In this document: piece by piece, positions 10,996 through 20,621 of the stretch
Numbering within the stretch: position 1 is the first letter of the stretch
Layout of the letters: each line of letters starts with the position of its first letter
From: a bacterium
Lineage (GTDB): Bacteria > RUG730 > JAAEPJ01
Length of the DNA stretch: 51,194 nt
NCBI GenBank assembly: GCA_024222485.1
Contig: JAAEPJ010000005.1
Coordinates: forward strand, 1-51,194
Direction of reading: 5' to 3'
Translations under genes and position numbers: made by a program
The notes under the pieces: model-generated
The model's input: only the letters and a program-made list of their open reading frames with translations
The model's database searches: none
What the model was told of the DNA's origin: nothing

Positions 10996-11035
10996 AAAAA
11001 ACACCAGCCGACAATACTTGCCAACAGGTGTTTTT
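10996..11035 (-). terminator. Rho-independent terminator-like hairpin downstream of the RRM protein gene (bidirectional: A10 on +, T5 after the stem on +)
   Basis: AAAAACACC ... GGTGTTTTT inverted repeat flanked by a 10-nt A run. This reads as a T10 tail on the minus-strand transcript. Confidence 0.45.
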
Positions 11036-11077
11036 AATTTTGTAATTTTAGTTAAAACTATCAATAAAGTATAAAGA

Positions 11078-11344
11078 TTAGAAGTCTCTTCTCGGTCTTT
11101 CTTCTCTTGGTCTTGCTTCATTAACTCTTAAGTTTCTTCCTGAATGTTCTTTGCCGTCAAGATTGCTGATTGCTGCTTTCCCTTCGTTATCAGAAGACAT
11201 TTCGACAAAGCCAAAACCTTTAGCTCTACCAGTTTCTCTATCTGTAATAATTTTTGCACTTACTACATTACCAAATTCTCCAAAAACTTCTTCAAGTTCC
11301 TGTTCTGTCATGCTGTACGCCATGTTCCCGACATAAAGATTCAT
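11078..11344 (-). CDS. RRM-type (RNP-1/RNP-2) glycine/arginine-tailed RNA-binding protein, 88 aa
   Basis: MNLYVGNM (RNP-2) and KGFGFVEM (RNP-1). Strong SD GGAAGGAAGGA upstream. Confidence 0.8.
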   Translation of the reverse strand: MNLYVGNMAYSMTEQELEEVFGEFGNVVSAKIITDRETGRAKGFGFVEMSSDNEGKAAISNLDGKEHSGRNLRVNEARPREERPRRDF

Positions 11345-11431
11345 ACTATTTCCTTCCTTCCTTTTCTAAAAACAGCTACAACTTGTAGCTTATATATTTG
11401 CCTCATTTTTGAGGTTCTGAAAATATCTTAT

Positions 11432-11449
11432 AAAAAAAAAAAAAAAAAA
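11432..11449. repeat. A18 homopolymeric tract (T18 on the minus strand) in the intergenic region upstream of the RRM protein gene
   Basis: 18 consecutive A residues counted directly in the sequence. Confidence 0.9.
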
Positions 11450-11529
11450 TACAACAAAAATAAAAAGTTAGCTTTAAGAAGATATCTACACCTCTGGCAT
11501 TTTTTTATTTTGCAGTATCATGATGAGGT

Positions 11530-13709
11530 TTAAATCTGTAAAAAATCAATTTTTTTCCCAAACTTAAATTTAATTTGCTTTTCAAGGTTAATTAATTCTT
11601 CGGTACTAATTTTAGGTTGAGCACTCTCCGTTTTTTTTAATTCAAGCAGAAAGCTTTCAGCCTCGATTTTAGCAATCTCAATAATCTCTAAATCTGTCGT
11701 AATATCTCCAATCGTTAGATTTAAAAATCCATGTTGATTTTTTCCTAAAAATTCTCCTGGACCTCTTAGGTTTAAGTCTTCTTCTGCTAATTTAAAGCCA
11801 TCCGAGTGATTAATCATAGCCGCAAGCCTTATTTTTGCTTTATCATTCATCTTATTAGGAACTAAAAAACAAGCACTATGATATTTCCCACGCCCAATTT
11901 TTCCTCTTAGCTGATGTAAAGTCGAAAGCCCAAAGCGTTCTGCATGCTCAATCACCATCACTGTAGCGTTTGGGATATTAACTCCGACTTCAATAACAGT
12001 TGTAGAAATTAAAATTTTTATTGTCCCGTTTATAAATTTTTGCATAATATTATTTTTATTTTCAGCGTTCATTTTCCCATGTAATAACCCCATCTCAATA
12101 TCTTGAAAATATTTAATTTTTTAAACATTTCTTCTGCTGATTTAAGTTCAAGTTTATTGTTCTCTTCAATAGCGGGGTAGACAAGATATTCTTGTCTACC
12201 GTTATGGATTTCCTCAAGCATAAACTGTATAGCTTCATTTTGTTTGGAAATTATTGTTTTGATAGGCTTTCTGCCTTTAGGTAACATTTTAATGGTAGAA
12301 ATATCAAGGTCTCCATAAATAGACATTGCTAGTGTTCGTGGAATTGGGGTAGCTGTCATGACTAAAATATAGGGGGTACTCGCTTTATCCCTCAGCATTA
12401 ACCGTTCTTTTACTCCAAACTTATGTTGTTCATCAATCACAATTAATTTTAAATTTTTAAAATTCATATTTTCGCTAAAGAGTGCATGTGTTCCTATCAG
12501 AATATCAAAATTTTTTTCTTTGAAAATAGTTTTTTGTTTTTTTGTCATTGACCCTGTTAAAATTCCTAAAGAAATTGGTGTATAAGCATTCGGAGATGAG
12601 TGTGGCGTTTGTAGGGGGAGGGCAACACTTTTTGTGAGAGCAGAAGATTTGTTAAGTGGAGGGGTAGCTAAAGAATTAATTTCTTGAACAACTTTCTTAA
12701 TTGATTCAAAGTGTTGCCTAGCTAGAACTTCTGTTGGTGCCATGATGGCGGCTTGATAGCCGCTTTCTACAGCTAAAAGCATGGCTGAGAGTGCGACCAC
12801 AGTTTTTTCACTGCCAACATTTCCTTGCAAGAGTCGATTCATTGGAAAGTTTGATTGCATATTTGTAAAAATTTCATTAATAACCTTTTTTTGGTCGTTT
12901 GTAAATTCAAACCCTAAGTGTTTTCTAAAGGGCGAAAGTAAGGTTTTTGTGAGTTTATAGGTATGCGATTTTTTAATTTTTTTAAGATCATGGTATTTTT
13001 TCATTAAAACTATTTCTAAGAGAAAAAATTCATCAAATGCTAACCTAAAATAAGCAGCCTGTTTCTCTGCCCAGTCAGTCGGGAAATGTATTTTTCTAAG
13101 AGCTTTTGGCAAACTCATTAGTTTTCTTTTATCTTTTATTTTTTTTGGGAGAAAATCTTTGATTTCTGTAAATTGATATTGAGAAACTTGCCAAAGCAGA
13201 CTCCTTAAAAATTTTGTATCAATTTTTAAGGAAGCAGGATAAATTGGGATGATTCGGTTAGCATTAATTGAATCATCAGAGACAGTTTCGTAGTCAATAA
13301 CATTAAATCCCTCAATGGTAAGCTCACCTGTTAGAAAAAGAAAAGCACCCTTTTTAATATCCTTGGTCAGGTAAAATAAAACATTAAATTTTCTGGAATA
13401 TTTTCTTATCCATTTAACTTTAATACTTGTTGTTTTATCCTTAAGAAGTGCTTCAAAAATAATAAACCCATTACGGGTTTTAAGAGAGGATGTACTTACA
13501 ACCTCAACTAAAATTGTAGCGCGTACTCCTAATTCTAGGTTATTCACCTTTGTATTTACTCGTCGATCTTCCCATGCCCGTGGAAAATAGAATAACATAT
13601 CATGAATAGTTTCTAACCCTAGCGCCTTTAAATAGTTAAATTTTTTAGGATCAACACCTTTTAAATATTGTAGTGAATCATTAAGTTTTATTGTGTTTTC
13701 TTCCTTCAT
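11530..13709 (-). pseudogene. recG: ATP-dependent DNA helicase RecG, disrupted: split into a 546-aa N-terminal ORF and a 187-aa C-terminal ORF by a frame break in a homopolymer
   Basis: The N-terminal ORF carries the wedge domain and helicase motifs I-II (LLQGNVGSEKT, VIDEQHKFG). The C-terminal ORF carries the helicase C domain (GLLHGKM...ISTTVIEVGVNIPNATVMVIEHAERFGLSTLHQLRGKIGRG). The two frames abut at 12069-12093. Confidence 0.8.
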
Positions 13710-13776
13710 TTTGTTTCCTCATTTTAGCGCTCATAGTTTTTATTGCGGGTAATTTAATACAATACTAACTAGCTTT

Positions 13777-14397
13777 CTAAATAGATATCCAAACTTTAAA
13801 AAGCCTTTCAAGTCCTAAATAAATTATTACTAAAGTGGCAATTCTTACTATTGAAACATGAAGTGAAGGAAAGGTTGTTTTTGTAAACCTTGTAATATTG
13901 CCAATAAAAATTGCTAGAATTAATAAAAGATTAATAAAGCTCATTAAACCAAAAACAAAGCCAGATGTTAATGCTAGAAATTTATTGATAACTGTGAGGT
14001 TAAGGTTTGTTAAAAAAATTTTAAAGGTTGTATTCGGTTGCAGTCCTAAAAAAAAGCCAATAAAAAAAAGCCAGTAATATTGTAATTTACTTTTTAACCT
14101 CAGAAAGGCTGAAATAATGATGAGCATAGCAAAAAATGCAGCTAAATAATCAAAAATTTTTGTTTCATAAAAATAAATGATAAAGGAGGCACGAGTTAAG
14201 TTTACCGAAAGACCGGCTAGAATCATAATAGCTAATAGCCGGCCTAAGAATAAAAAAAGTATACTATGTAAAGCTTGCTTAGCATTATTTGTTTGTGCAA
14301 TCATATAGGGGATCATAAAGCTACAAGTAGTAAAAGTCGTTGTCAGACCAAAGATAATACCCATTACTGCAATATCTGTAAAAAATTTAAAAATCAT
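13777..14397 (-). CDS. Hypothetical polytopic inner-membrane protein (about 6 TM, 206 aa)
   Basis: Uniformly hydrophobic with short loops. No family assigned with confidence. Confidence 0.4.
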   Translation of the reverse strand: MIFKFFTDIAVMGIIFGLTTTFTTCSFMIPYMIAQTNNAKQALHSILFLFLGRLLAIMILAGLSVNLTRASFIIYFYETKIFDYLAAFFAMLIIISAFLRLKSKLQYYWLFFIGFFLGLQPNTTFKIFLTNLNLTVINKFLALTSGFVFGLMSFINLLLILAIFIGNITRFTKTTFPSLHVSIVRIATLVIIYLGLERLFKVWISI

Positions 14398-14590
14398 AAA
14401 ATTCCCCTCGGATAATAATCATTATAAAACAAATTTTATTATTTATATGATTTTTTAAATAGATTATTATTCTATTATCTTTTATATTTACAAACATTCA
14501 TCATAATAAAAATTTGTTTTATTTTTTGTATAGATTAAAAATATAAAAATTCTTTTTAATTTTACAAGCAAATACTTTGAAAATCAAATA

Positions 14591-14619
14591 TTGACACTCG
14601 TCGAATATTCAAATATAAT
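14591..14619 (+). promoter_or_regulatory. Near-perfect sigma70-type promoter (TTGACA-N17-TATAAT) upstream of rpmH
   Basis: TTGACA at 14591-14596, a 17-nt spacer, TATAAT at 14614-14619. rpmH starts about 125 nt downstream. Confidence 0.5.
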
Positions 14620-14743
14620 ATTACACTATTTTTATTATAGATACAGGCAGCTATCAGTGAGGGAAATTAAATCACGCAGTAGACTGTTTCTAAAATATTT
14701 TATTTTTTAATTGATAAAATTATGGTTGCATAGGAGGCATAAA

Positions 14744-14878
14744 ATGAAAAGAACATATCAGCCAAATGTCAGAAGAAGAAAGAAAAAACATGGGTTTTTA
14801 AAAAGGATGCGAACAAAAGCAGGTAGGAATATTTTGCAATCACGCAGAAAAAAAGGTAGGCAAGTTCTCTCTGCCTAA
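14744..14878 (+). CDS. rpmH: 50S ribosomal protein L34 (44 aa; below the ORF-track size cutoff)
   Basis: Translation [50 protein letters not shown] lies 7 nt upstream. The gene sits immediately upstream of rnpA, as in most bacteria. Confidence 0.9.
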   Translation: MKRTYQPNVRRRKKKHGFLKRMRTKAGRNILQSRRKKGRQVLSA

Positions 14879-14927
14879 TGATGTTTCTTTTTGGGAATGT
14901 TTAGGTATATAACTTGAAAAAATAAAA

Positions 14928-15245
14928 ATGCCAAAATTTACATTCAAAGAGAAACTCAGAGAAAAAAAAGATTTTGAAAGGCTTTTTAAATATAGAAAAT
15001 GTTTTTTTATTAGCAATTTTATTATTTATATTTGTCCCAATGGACTAGCTTTCTCAAGGCTGGGTATTTCAATTAAAAGAACAGTTGCTAAAGCATATAA
15101 AAGAAATCGGATGAAAAGGCTTATTAGAGAATTTTTTAGACTGAATAAACCTAATAATAATTATGATATTTTAATAGTTGTTAGGCAAGATTTTGGTAAT
15201 AAAAAATTAGCAGAAGTTTCCGAGGAGCTTAGAAAACTATGGTAA
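14928..15245 (+). CDS. rnpA: RNase P protein component
   Basis: 105 aa and basic, with a typical RnpA RNR-like motif ([11 protein letters not shown]). Synteny is rpmH-rnpA-yidD-yidC. Confidence 0.85.
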   Translation: MPKFTFKEKLREKKDFERLFKYRKCFFISNFIIYICPNGLAFSRLGISIKRTVAKAYKRNRMKRLIREFFRLNKPNNNYDILIVVRQDFGNKKLAEVSEELRKLW

Positions 15246-15442
15246 AAATTTGTATAATTCTAATTAAAATATACCAGTTGTTTCGTCAGTTTTTTCCAAA
15301 ACGATGTTGTTTTTATCCCTCATGCTCAGAATATGCAATACAGTCTTTTAAGAAAGAAGGCTTTCTGAGAGGGTTAGTTAAGACAATAAAAAGAATTTTA
15401 AAATGTCATCCATTCTCAGGGGGTGGCATAGACTTTCCTTAA
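15239..15442 (+). CDS. yidD: Membrane protein insertion efficiency factor YidD
   Basis: 67 aa with the CxxSCSEYA motif (YPSCSEYA). Overlaps the rnpA stop. Confidence 0.8.
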   Translation: MVKICIILIKIYQLFRQFFPKRCCFYPSCSEYAIQSFKKEGFLRGLVKTIKRILKCHPFSGGGIDFP

Positions 15443-15548
15443 GACATAGCTAGTTTTATAGCGAGCTAAAAGATTGTATGAATTTCGGTATGCAAAATAT
15501 TTTTGTTGCCTCTAGGGTAACTATTAACAAATTCGGAGAAACTATTTT

Positions 15549-17108
15549 ATGAATAAGAATACTGTAATAGCCATTGTCTTATCATTTCTTGTGGTATTTA
15601 CATGGACTCAAATAACTAATAAAAATCAGAAAAGTTCACAATCAAAGACAGGAAATGCTGAGAAAGTAGAAATCCAACCAGTAAGATCATCAATAATTTC
15701 TCAGGGGCAGCCAGAGTCAATTTTAAAAACAGTAGGACAAGAGCCTGTTTTATCTCAAACTTTTATTTTGGAAAATAATGCTTCAAAAATTATTTTTGGT
15801 GCTAAAGGTGAGATGCAGAGTTTTTTAGTGAAAGAAAAAAATGGGAGCTTAACAGACTTGGTCTATTCTGCTAAATCATTTCCTTTGACAGTAAACCCAA
15901 GTATTATTTATACAACTTCAGAAACAATGGAAAGACCGAATGGTGAGGCATTAGTCTTAAATGGGATGATAGATGATAAAGTATCTGTCCGAACAAGTTA
16001 TAACTACCTAAATGATCAGGGATTAGTAGCTGTTAGTTTAGAGTTAACTAATATCTCTCCTCTTTCACTTCATATCGAAAATTTTAAAGTTGGTCTAGGT
16101 CCAGGGATAAACACCAGTGAAGAGGTTAGTGAGAAAGTCATGATGCGTGATATGAAAGGATTTTACTATTCTGCTGGGGAACTTACTAAAAAACCTAAAA
16201 TCGGTAGATCTTCGGGGATTCAGAATGGTTGGATTGCTGTTACAAATCATTATTTTATCTCAGCGATTATTGATTCCAACAATATTTTTGAAGAAGTTCA
16301 AGTAACAAATAAAAAGCTTCCAGAGTTATTTCTCAGTACTGACTTAAGGTTAGATGTTGGAGAAACTAAGACTTTAAATTTTCAAACTTTGTGGGGAATT
16401 AAAAATTATGATTATTTAACATCTTTGGACAATGACTTGCATAAGACGATTTCTTTAGGTATTTTTGCTCCTCTTGGGAAGCTAATCATGTGGCTTTTAG
16501 CTAAGTTCTATGAGATGACCGGTAATTATGGTATTGCGATCATTCTCTTGACCACTATAATGCAGTTAATTTTGCTGCCACTGAATAAGAAAAGTTTTGA
16601 GTCGATGCATAAGCTGAAAAAAGTACAACCAAAACTAGAAAAGCTTAAGAAAAAATATAAGGATAACCCTCAAAACCTTAATATGGAAATGATGGCTCTT
16701 TATAAGAGAGAAAAGGTTAACCCTTTTGGTGGCTGTTTACCTATACTTTTGCAACTTCCAATTTTCTGGGCACTTTTTACAGTGTTGAGGAATGCTACAG
16801 AACTTAGATATGCACCATTTTTATTATGGATAAATGACCTTTCTAAACCGGATACCGTAGCAGTGCTTTTTGGTGTTCCGATTAATATCTTACCGATCCT
16901 AATGGGGGGCATGATGTTTGTTAGTCAGAAGTTAAATACTGGTCAAACAAGTGACCCCATGCAGGCAAAGATGTTAACCTTTATGCCCATTATGTTTCTT
17001 TTTATGTTTTGGAATTTTCCTTCTGGTTTAGTTTTATATTGGTTATTTTCTAATATTTATACAGTTTGCTTAAATTTATATTTAACAGTTAAGAATAAAG
17101 AGGCATAA
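15549..17108 (+). CDS. yidC: Membrane protein insertase YidC (long, Gram-negative-type with a periplasmic P1 domain)
   Basis: 519 aa. N-terminal TM, a large periplasmic domain, and the C-terminal 5-TM core including the ...GCLPILLQLPIFWALF... motif. Confidence 0.9.
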   Translation: MNKNTVIAIVLSFLVVFTWTQITNKNQKSSQSKTGNAEKVEIQPVRSSIISQGQPESILKTVGQEPVLSQTFILENNASKIIFGAKGEMQSFLVKEKNGSLTDLVYSAKSFPLTVNPSIIYTTSETMERPNGEALVLNGMIDDKVSVRTSYNYLNDQGLVAVSLELTNISPLSLHIENFKVGLGPGINTSEEVSEKVMMRDMKGFYYSAGELTKKPKIGRSSGIQNGWIAVTNHYFISAIIDSNNIFEEVQVTNKKLPELFLSTDLRLDVGETKTLNFQTLWGIKNYDYLTSLDNDLHKTISLGIFAPLGKLIMWLLAKFYEMTGNYGIAIILLTTIMQLILLPLNKKSFESMHKLKKVQPKLEKLKKKYKDNPQNLNMEMMALYKREKVNPFGGCLPILLQLPIFWALFTVLRNATELRYAPFLLWINDLSKPDTVAVLFGVPINILPILMGGMMFVSQKLNTGQTSDPMQAKMLTFMPIMFLFMFWNFPSGLVLYWLFSNIYTVCLNLYLTVKNKEA

Positions 17109-17109
17109 A

Positions 17110-17745
17110 ATGAAAAGTATCCAATTAAAAGGAAAGAATGTTGAGGATGCAATAGCATTAGGATTGAGGGAATTAAAGACCACAAGAGATAATGTCGAGG
17201 TTGATATTATCTCAAAAAAATGCAGAGGTCTTTTTGGTATTTTTGGTCGAAAAGAAGTTGTTATCAAAATGACTTTACAAGATAATAATATAGATTATAA
17301 TGAAATACTAACTGGGATTGAAACGAATATTAAAAATATTATTCTCTTAGCTAACTTAAACATTAAATTTAAAGTTGATATAGAAGATGGGCAGGTTTGC
17401 ATTAATATGAATGGTGTTGATGCCCCTTTTTTAATTGGGAAATCTGGAGATGTTTTGGATGCTTTTGAATACCTTATTAGCTTAATGGTAAATAAAAAAC
17501 ATAAAACAAAGGTTAAGTTATCGGTAGATGTGGATAACTATCGAGCTCAAAAGTCTATCAAGATTAAAGATGCTACCACTAAGGCGGTAGAAAAAGTTTT
17601 GGCAACTGGAGAGGAATATAAAATAAAAAATATTCGACCAAATGATCGTAAGATAATACATTCAGTCGTTTCTGAATTTCATGAATTATCTTCTAAGTCA
17701 GTTGGGCAAGGAAACTCGAGGTATATAATTATTTTTAAAAAGTAG
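17110..17745 (+). CDS. jag: Jag/KhpB RNA-binding protein (KH + R3H domains)
   Basis: 211 aa. The C-terminal R3H-like block (PNDRKIIHSVVSEF) and conserved position after yidC. Confidence 0.8.
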   Translation: MKSIQLKGKNVEDAIALGLRELKTTRDNVEVDIISKKCRGLFGIFGRKEVVIKMTLQDNNIDYNEILTGIETNIKNIILLANLNIKFKVDIEDGQVCINMNGVDAPFLIGKSGDVLDAFEYLISLMVNKKHKTKVKLSVDVDNYRAQKSIKIKDATTKAVEKVLATGEEYKIKNIRPNDRKIIHSVVSEFHELSSKSVGQGNSRYIIIFKK

Positions 17746-17810
17746 AGAGTTTTCACTTTCGTACCGAAGTACCGAGAAGATTATATATATTAAATAAGGA
17801 GTTTTTAAGT

Positions 17811-18209
17811 ATGCAACTTAAAATTAAAACTAAGTTAGTTTTTAATTTCATTGTAATTATTATATTAATTTTGGTTATTCCAAAAACAATTAAACTTTAC
17901 CGTTCTTTTTCAGGGATTCAAAAAAATCTTCAGACTCAACAAGTAGCATTAAATGCTGTCATCGATAAAATCAAGGCCAAGGAAGTAGAAATTCGCAACT
18001 TTGAAGCGGACCTTAAGGAGCTTGAGGCGAATGATGTTTTTAGTGAGTATGGAGTTGTACATGCCAAGTATGGTGTGGCTGTTTCAGAATATAAAGTGAT
18101 GGTCAAAGATTATAACCAGAAAGCTGAAAATTTTAAGAAGTTAGAGGCTATCATGAAGAATAATGTTCATGGTTTGCTTTCTAAGATAGGGATTAAAAGA
18201 GAAAGTTAA
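17811..18209 (+). CDS. Hypothetical membrane-anchored coiled-coil protein (132 aa)
   Basis: One N-terminal TM segment (LVFNFIVIIILILVIP) followed by heptad-like charged repeats. No family recognised. Confidence 0.4.
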   Translation: MQLKIKTKLVFNFIVIIILILVIPKTIKLYRSFSGIQKNLQTQQVALNAVIDKIKAKEVEIRNFEADLKELEANDVFSEYGVVHAKYGVAVSEYKVMVKDYNQKAENFKKLEAIMKNNVHGLLSKIGIKRES

Positions 18210-18274
18210 GAAAAATATTAAGTATTTTAGCTTAAAGATATATTGCTTAATAATTCATACTATCAGGTAAAATA

Positions 18275-19441
18275 ATGCTTTTATCTATAACTATAGTTTT
18301 TATGCTTGCTTTGTTTTTAAGTTATTTATTTGAAAAAATACATATTCCTGGACTGATTGGGATGATTGTTACTGGGATTATTGTAGGTCCATTTGTTCTC
18401 AACATTATTCCTTTGGAGATTTTAAGTGTTTCCAAGGATCTTCGTACTCTTGCTTTAATCATTATTCTAATTCGTGCAGGACTTGCAATTAATAAGTCGA
18501 CTTTAATGGAAGTTGGTAAGAATGCGGTGTTGTTAGGTATTCTGCCTTGTTTATTGGAGTCTTTTGCGATTATTTTTCTTTCCTTTTTGTTTTTAAAAAT
18601 GCCCTTGAAAGAGGCTGTTGTTTTTGCCTTTATTATTGCGGCAGTATCTCCTGCCGTAGTCGTTCCACAGATGATAAATCTATTGGAAAAAAAGTCTTAT
18701 CGTAAAATGCCTACTCTTATTCTCTCTGGAGCATCCCTTGACGATATTTTTGCAATTACAATGTTTTCTATTTTTTTAAAAATTGCAATTGGTCAAGCTA
18801 CTAATTTTTACTTGATACCTGTTAATATTTTTTTTGGTATTTTTTTAGGGATAATAATTGGGTTTATTTTTGTATTTTTATTTGAAAAAATGTCTGATAT
18901 CCGTGATACAAAGAAAATGTTGATTATGCTTTTAACGGCCATTTTATTTAACTCTCTAGAAAAGGTTTATCCAATAGCAACTCTTTTAGGGATAATGGTT
19001 ATTGGCTTTGTTCTACTGGAGAAACAAGAAAAAATAGCATATAGAATATCTCTAAAATTTAATAAACTTTGGATCGTAGCGGAAGTATTTCTTTTTACCT
19101 TGATTGGGGCAAAACTTAATATCTGGGCAATAAAAGAAACTGTACTCTTGACAATATTAATTATTTTTTTTGGGTTAATTTTTAGAAGCTTTGGGGTGTT
19201 ACTTTCTTTACCAAAACAGGTTTTTTCAAATCAAGAGCGTTTATTCTGTGTTTATTCTTACCTTCCAAAAGCGACTGTGCAGGCAGCCATTGGCTCTATT
19301 CCTTTGTCATATGGCTTTGAATATGGTGGATTTATTCTTCAAGCTGCCGTTTTAAGTATCCTAATTACAGCTCCTTTAGGTGCAATCTTAATCCGTAAAG
19401 CAAGTCTTAAATATCTTGACAGTTCCCGTCGTATTTCTTAA
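18275..19441 (+). CDS. Cation:proton antiporter (Na+/H+ exchanger, CPA family), 388 aa
   Basis: 10-12 TM segments. The N-terminal HIPGLIGMIVTGIIVGP motif and overall topology are typical of the Na_H_Exchanger family. Confidence 0.6.
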   Translation: MLLSITIVFMLALFLSYLFEKIHIPGLIGMIVTGIIVGPFVLNIIPLEILSVSKDLRTLALIIILIRAGLAINKSTLMEVGKNAVLLGILPCLLESFAIIFLSFLFLKMPLKEAVVFAFIIAAVSPAVVVPQMINLLEKKSYRKMPTLILSGASLDDIFAITMFSIFLKIAIGQATNFYLIPVNIFFGIFLGIIIGFIFVFLFEKMSDIRDTKKMLIMLLTAILFNSLEKVYPIATLLGIMVIGFVLLEKQEKIAYRISLKFNKLWIVAEVFLFTLIGAKLNIWAIKETVLLTILIIFFGLIFRSFGVLLSLPKQVFSNQERLFCVYSYLPKATVQAAIGSIPLSYGFEYGGFILQAAVLSILITAPLGAILIRKASLKYLDSSRRIS

Positions 19442-19552
19442 ACTAAAAACATCCCTTGACTTTTTAAATTTTCAATATATATCCTCTTATAGGCATCAGA
19501 TACAATGTATTTATGATAATTTTATAAAAATAAAAAAATCGGAGATTAAAAA

Positions 19553-20059
19553 ATGCGAATAAAAATTACTTCTCGAAATTATAAGTTGAAAGCCAATGAA
19601 CAGGATTATCTTGAAGAGAAAGTACAAAACTTTACTAAGTTTATGGATATTGACCATGTCGACATCATTATTAAAGAAGAAAGTTATGAGTATGTGTTGG
19701 AAGTAATCTTAAAAGCAATGCATAAAAATTTTATTATGAAGAAAAAAGGCTCTTCACTTGCAGAAGTAACAGATATTTTAGTTGATAAAATTAGCCATCA
19801 ACTTGGGAAACATAAAGAGCGGGTTAAATCACATAGAAAAGAAAAAAGCCAAATTGTCTTAGATGAGGTTGGGGCAGATAATCCTTACTCCTTGATTTAT
19901 CGCTCACTAGAATCACTTGAGGAGTATACACATGCAGAAGCAGCAGATAAGCTCATTCTAAGTGAGAGTAAATTTTTGGTTTATTTAGATAGTTATACTA
20001 AGCACATGTCTGTAGCTGTTTTGAAGGATAGTAAAACAATTGAGTTTATTGAGAGTTAA
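19553..20059 (+). CDS. hpf: Ribosome hibernation promoting factor / RaiA (sigma54-modulation protein family), 168 aa
   Basis: N-terminal MRIKITSRNYKL...DYLEEK (the YfiA/HPF beta-alpha-beta fold signature). Sits directly upstream of ptsN as in rpoN-hpf-ptsN operons. Confidence 0.75.
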   Translation: MRIKITSRNYKLKANEQDYLEEKVQNFTKFMDIDHVDIIIKEESYEYVLEVILKAMHKNFIMKKKGSSLAEVTDILVDKISHQLGKHKERVKSHRKEKSQIVLDEVGADNPYSLIYRSLESLEEYTHAEAADKLILSESKFLVYLDSYTKHMSVAVLKDSKTIEFIES

Positions 20060-20071
20060 GACTATAGTTTT

Positions 20072-20524
20072 ATGAAAATATCAAAGTATTTATCCGTAAA
20101 AAGAATTAAAATTGGTTTAGATGGTATTAATAAAAAGGCTACTTTAGCAGAGCTTATTGATATTTTACAAGAAGAAGATTTAAGTATTGATAAAGATGCC
20201 GCATTACAGGCTCTACTTGCGAGAGAAAAATTAGGGACAACAGGCATTGGTCATGGAATTGCTATTCCGCATGCTAAGCTTGAATCTATGAAAGATATTT
20301 CTGTCGTTTTGGGGATTTCACACAAAGGGATCAATTTTAAATCACTTGATGGTGAACCTGTCTATATTGTGTTATTATTTTTAGTCGCACCAACATCTGC
20401 TGGGGATCATCTCAAAGTTTTAGCCAAGGTGTCACGACTCTTAAAAGATAGGTTTTTAAGAGAGGAATTAAAAAAAAGATTGACTGCTGAGGAAATTATT
20501 AGATTGATCAAAGATAAAGAGTAA
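20072..20524 (+). CDS. ptsN: PTS EIIA-Ntr (nitrogen regulatory IIA, PtsN)
   Basis: 150 aa. GIGHGIAIPHAK carries the phosphorylatable His of the PTS_EIIA_2 family. Confidence 0.8.
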   Translation: MKISKYLSVKRIKIGLDGINKKATLAELIDILQEEDLSIDKDAALQALLAREKLGTTGIGHGIAIPHAKLESMKDISVVLGISHKGINFKSLDGEPVYIVLLFLVAPTSAGDHLKVLAKVSRLLKDRFLREELKKRLTAEEIIRLIKDKE

Positions 20525-20621
20525 GCTTAAAATAATTTATTAAGAGTTTTTGTAAAGGGACTATGAAAAATTAGGTTAGTTGTGTTGTTTATTTTTACCT
20601 ATAGTTACTTAAGGGGTAGGA

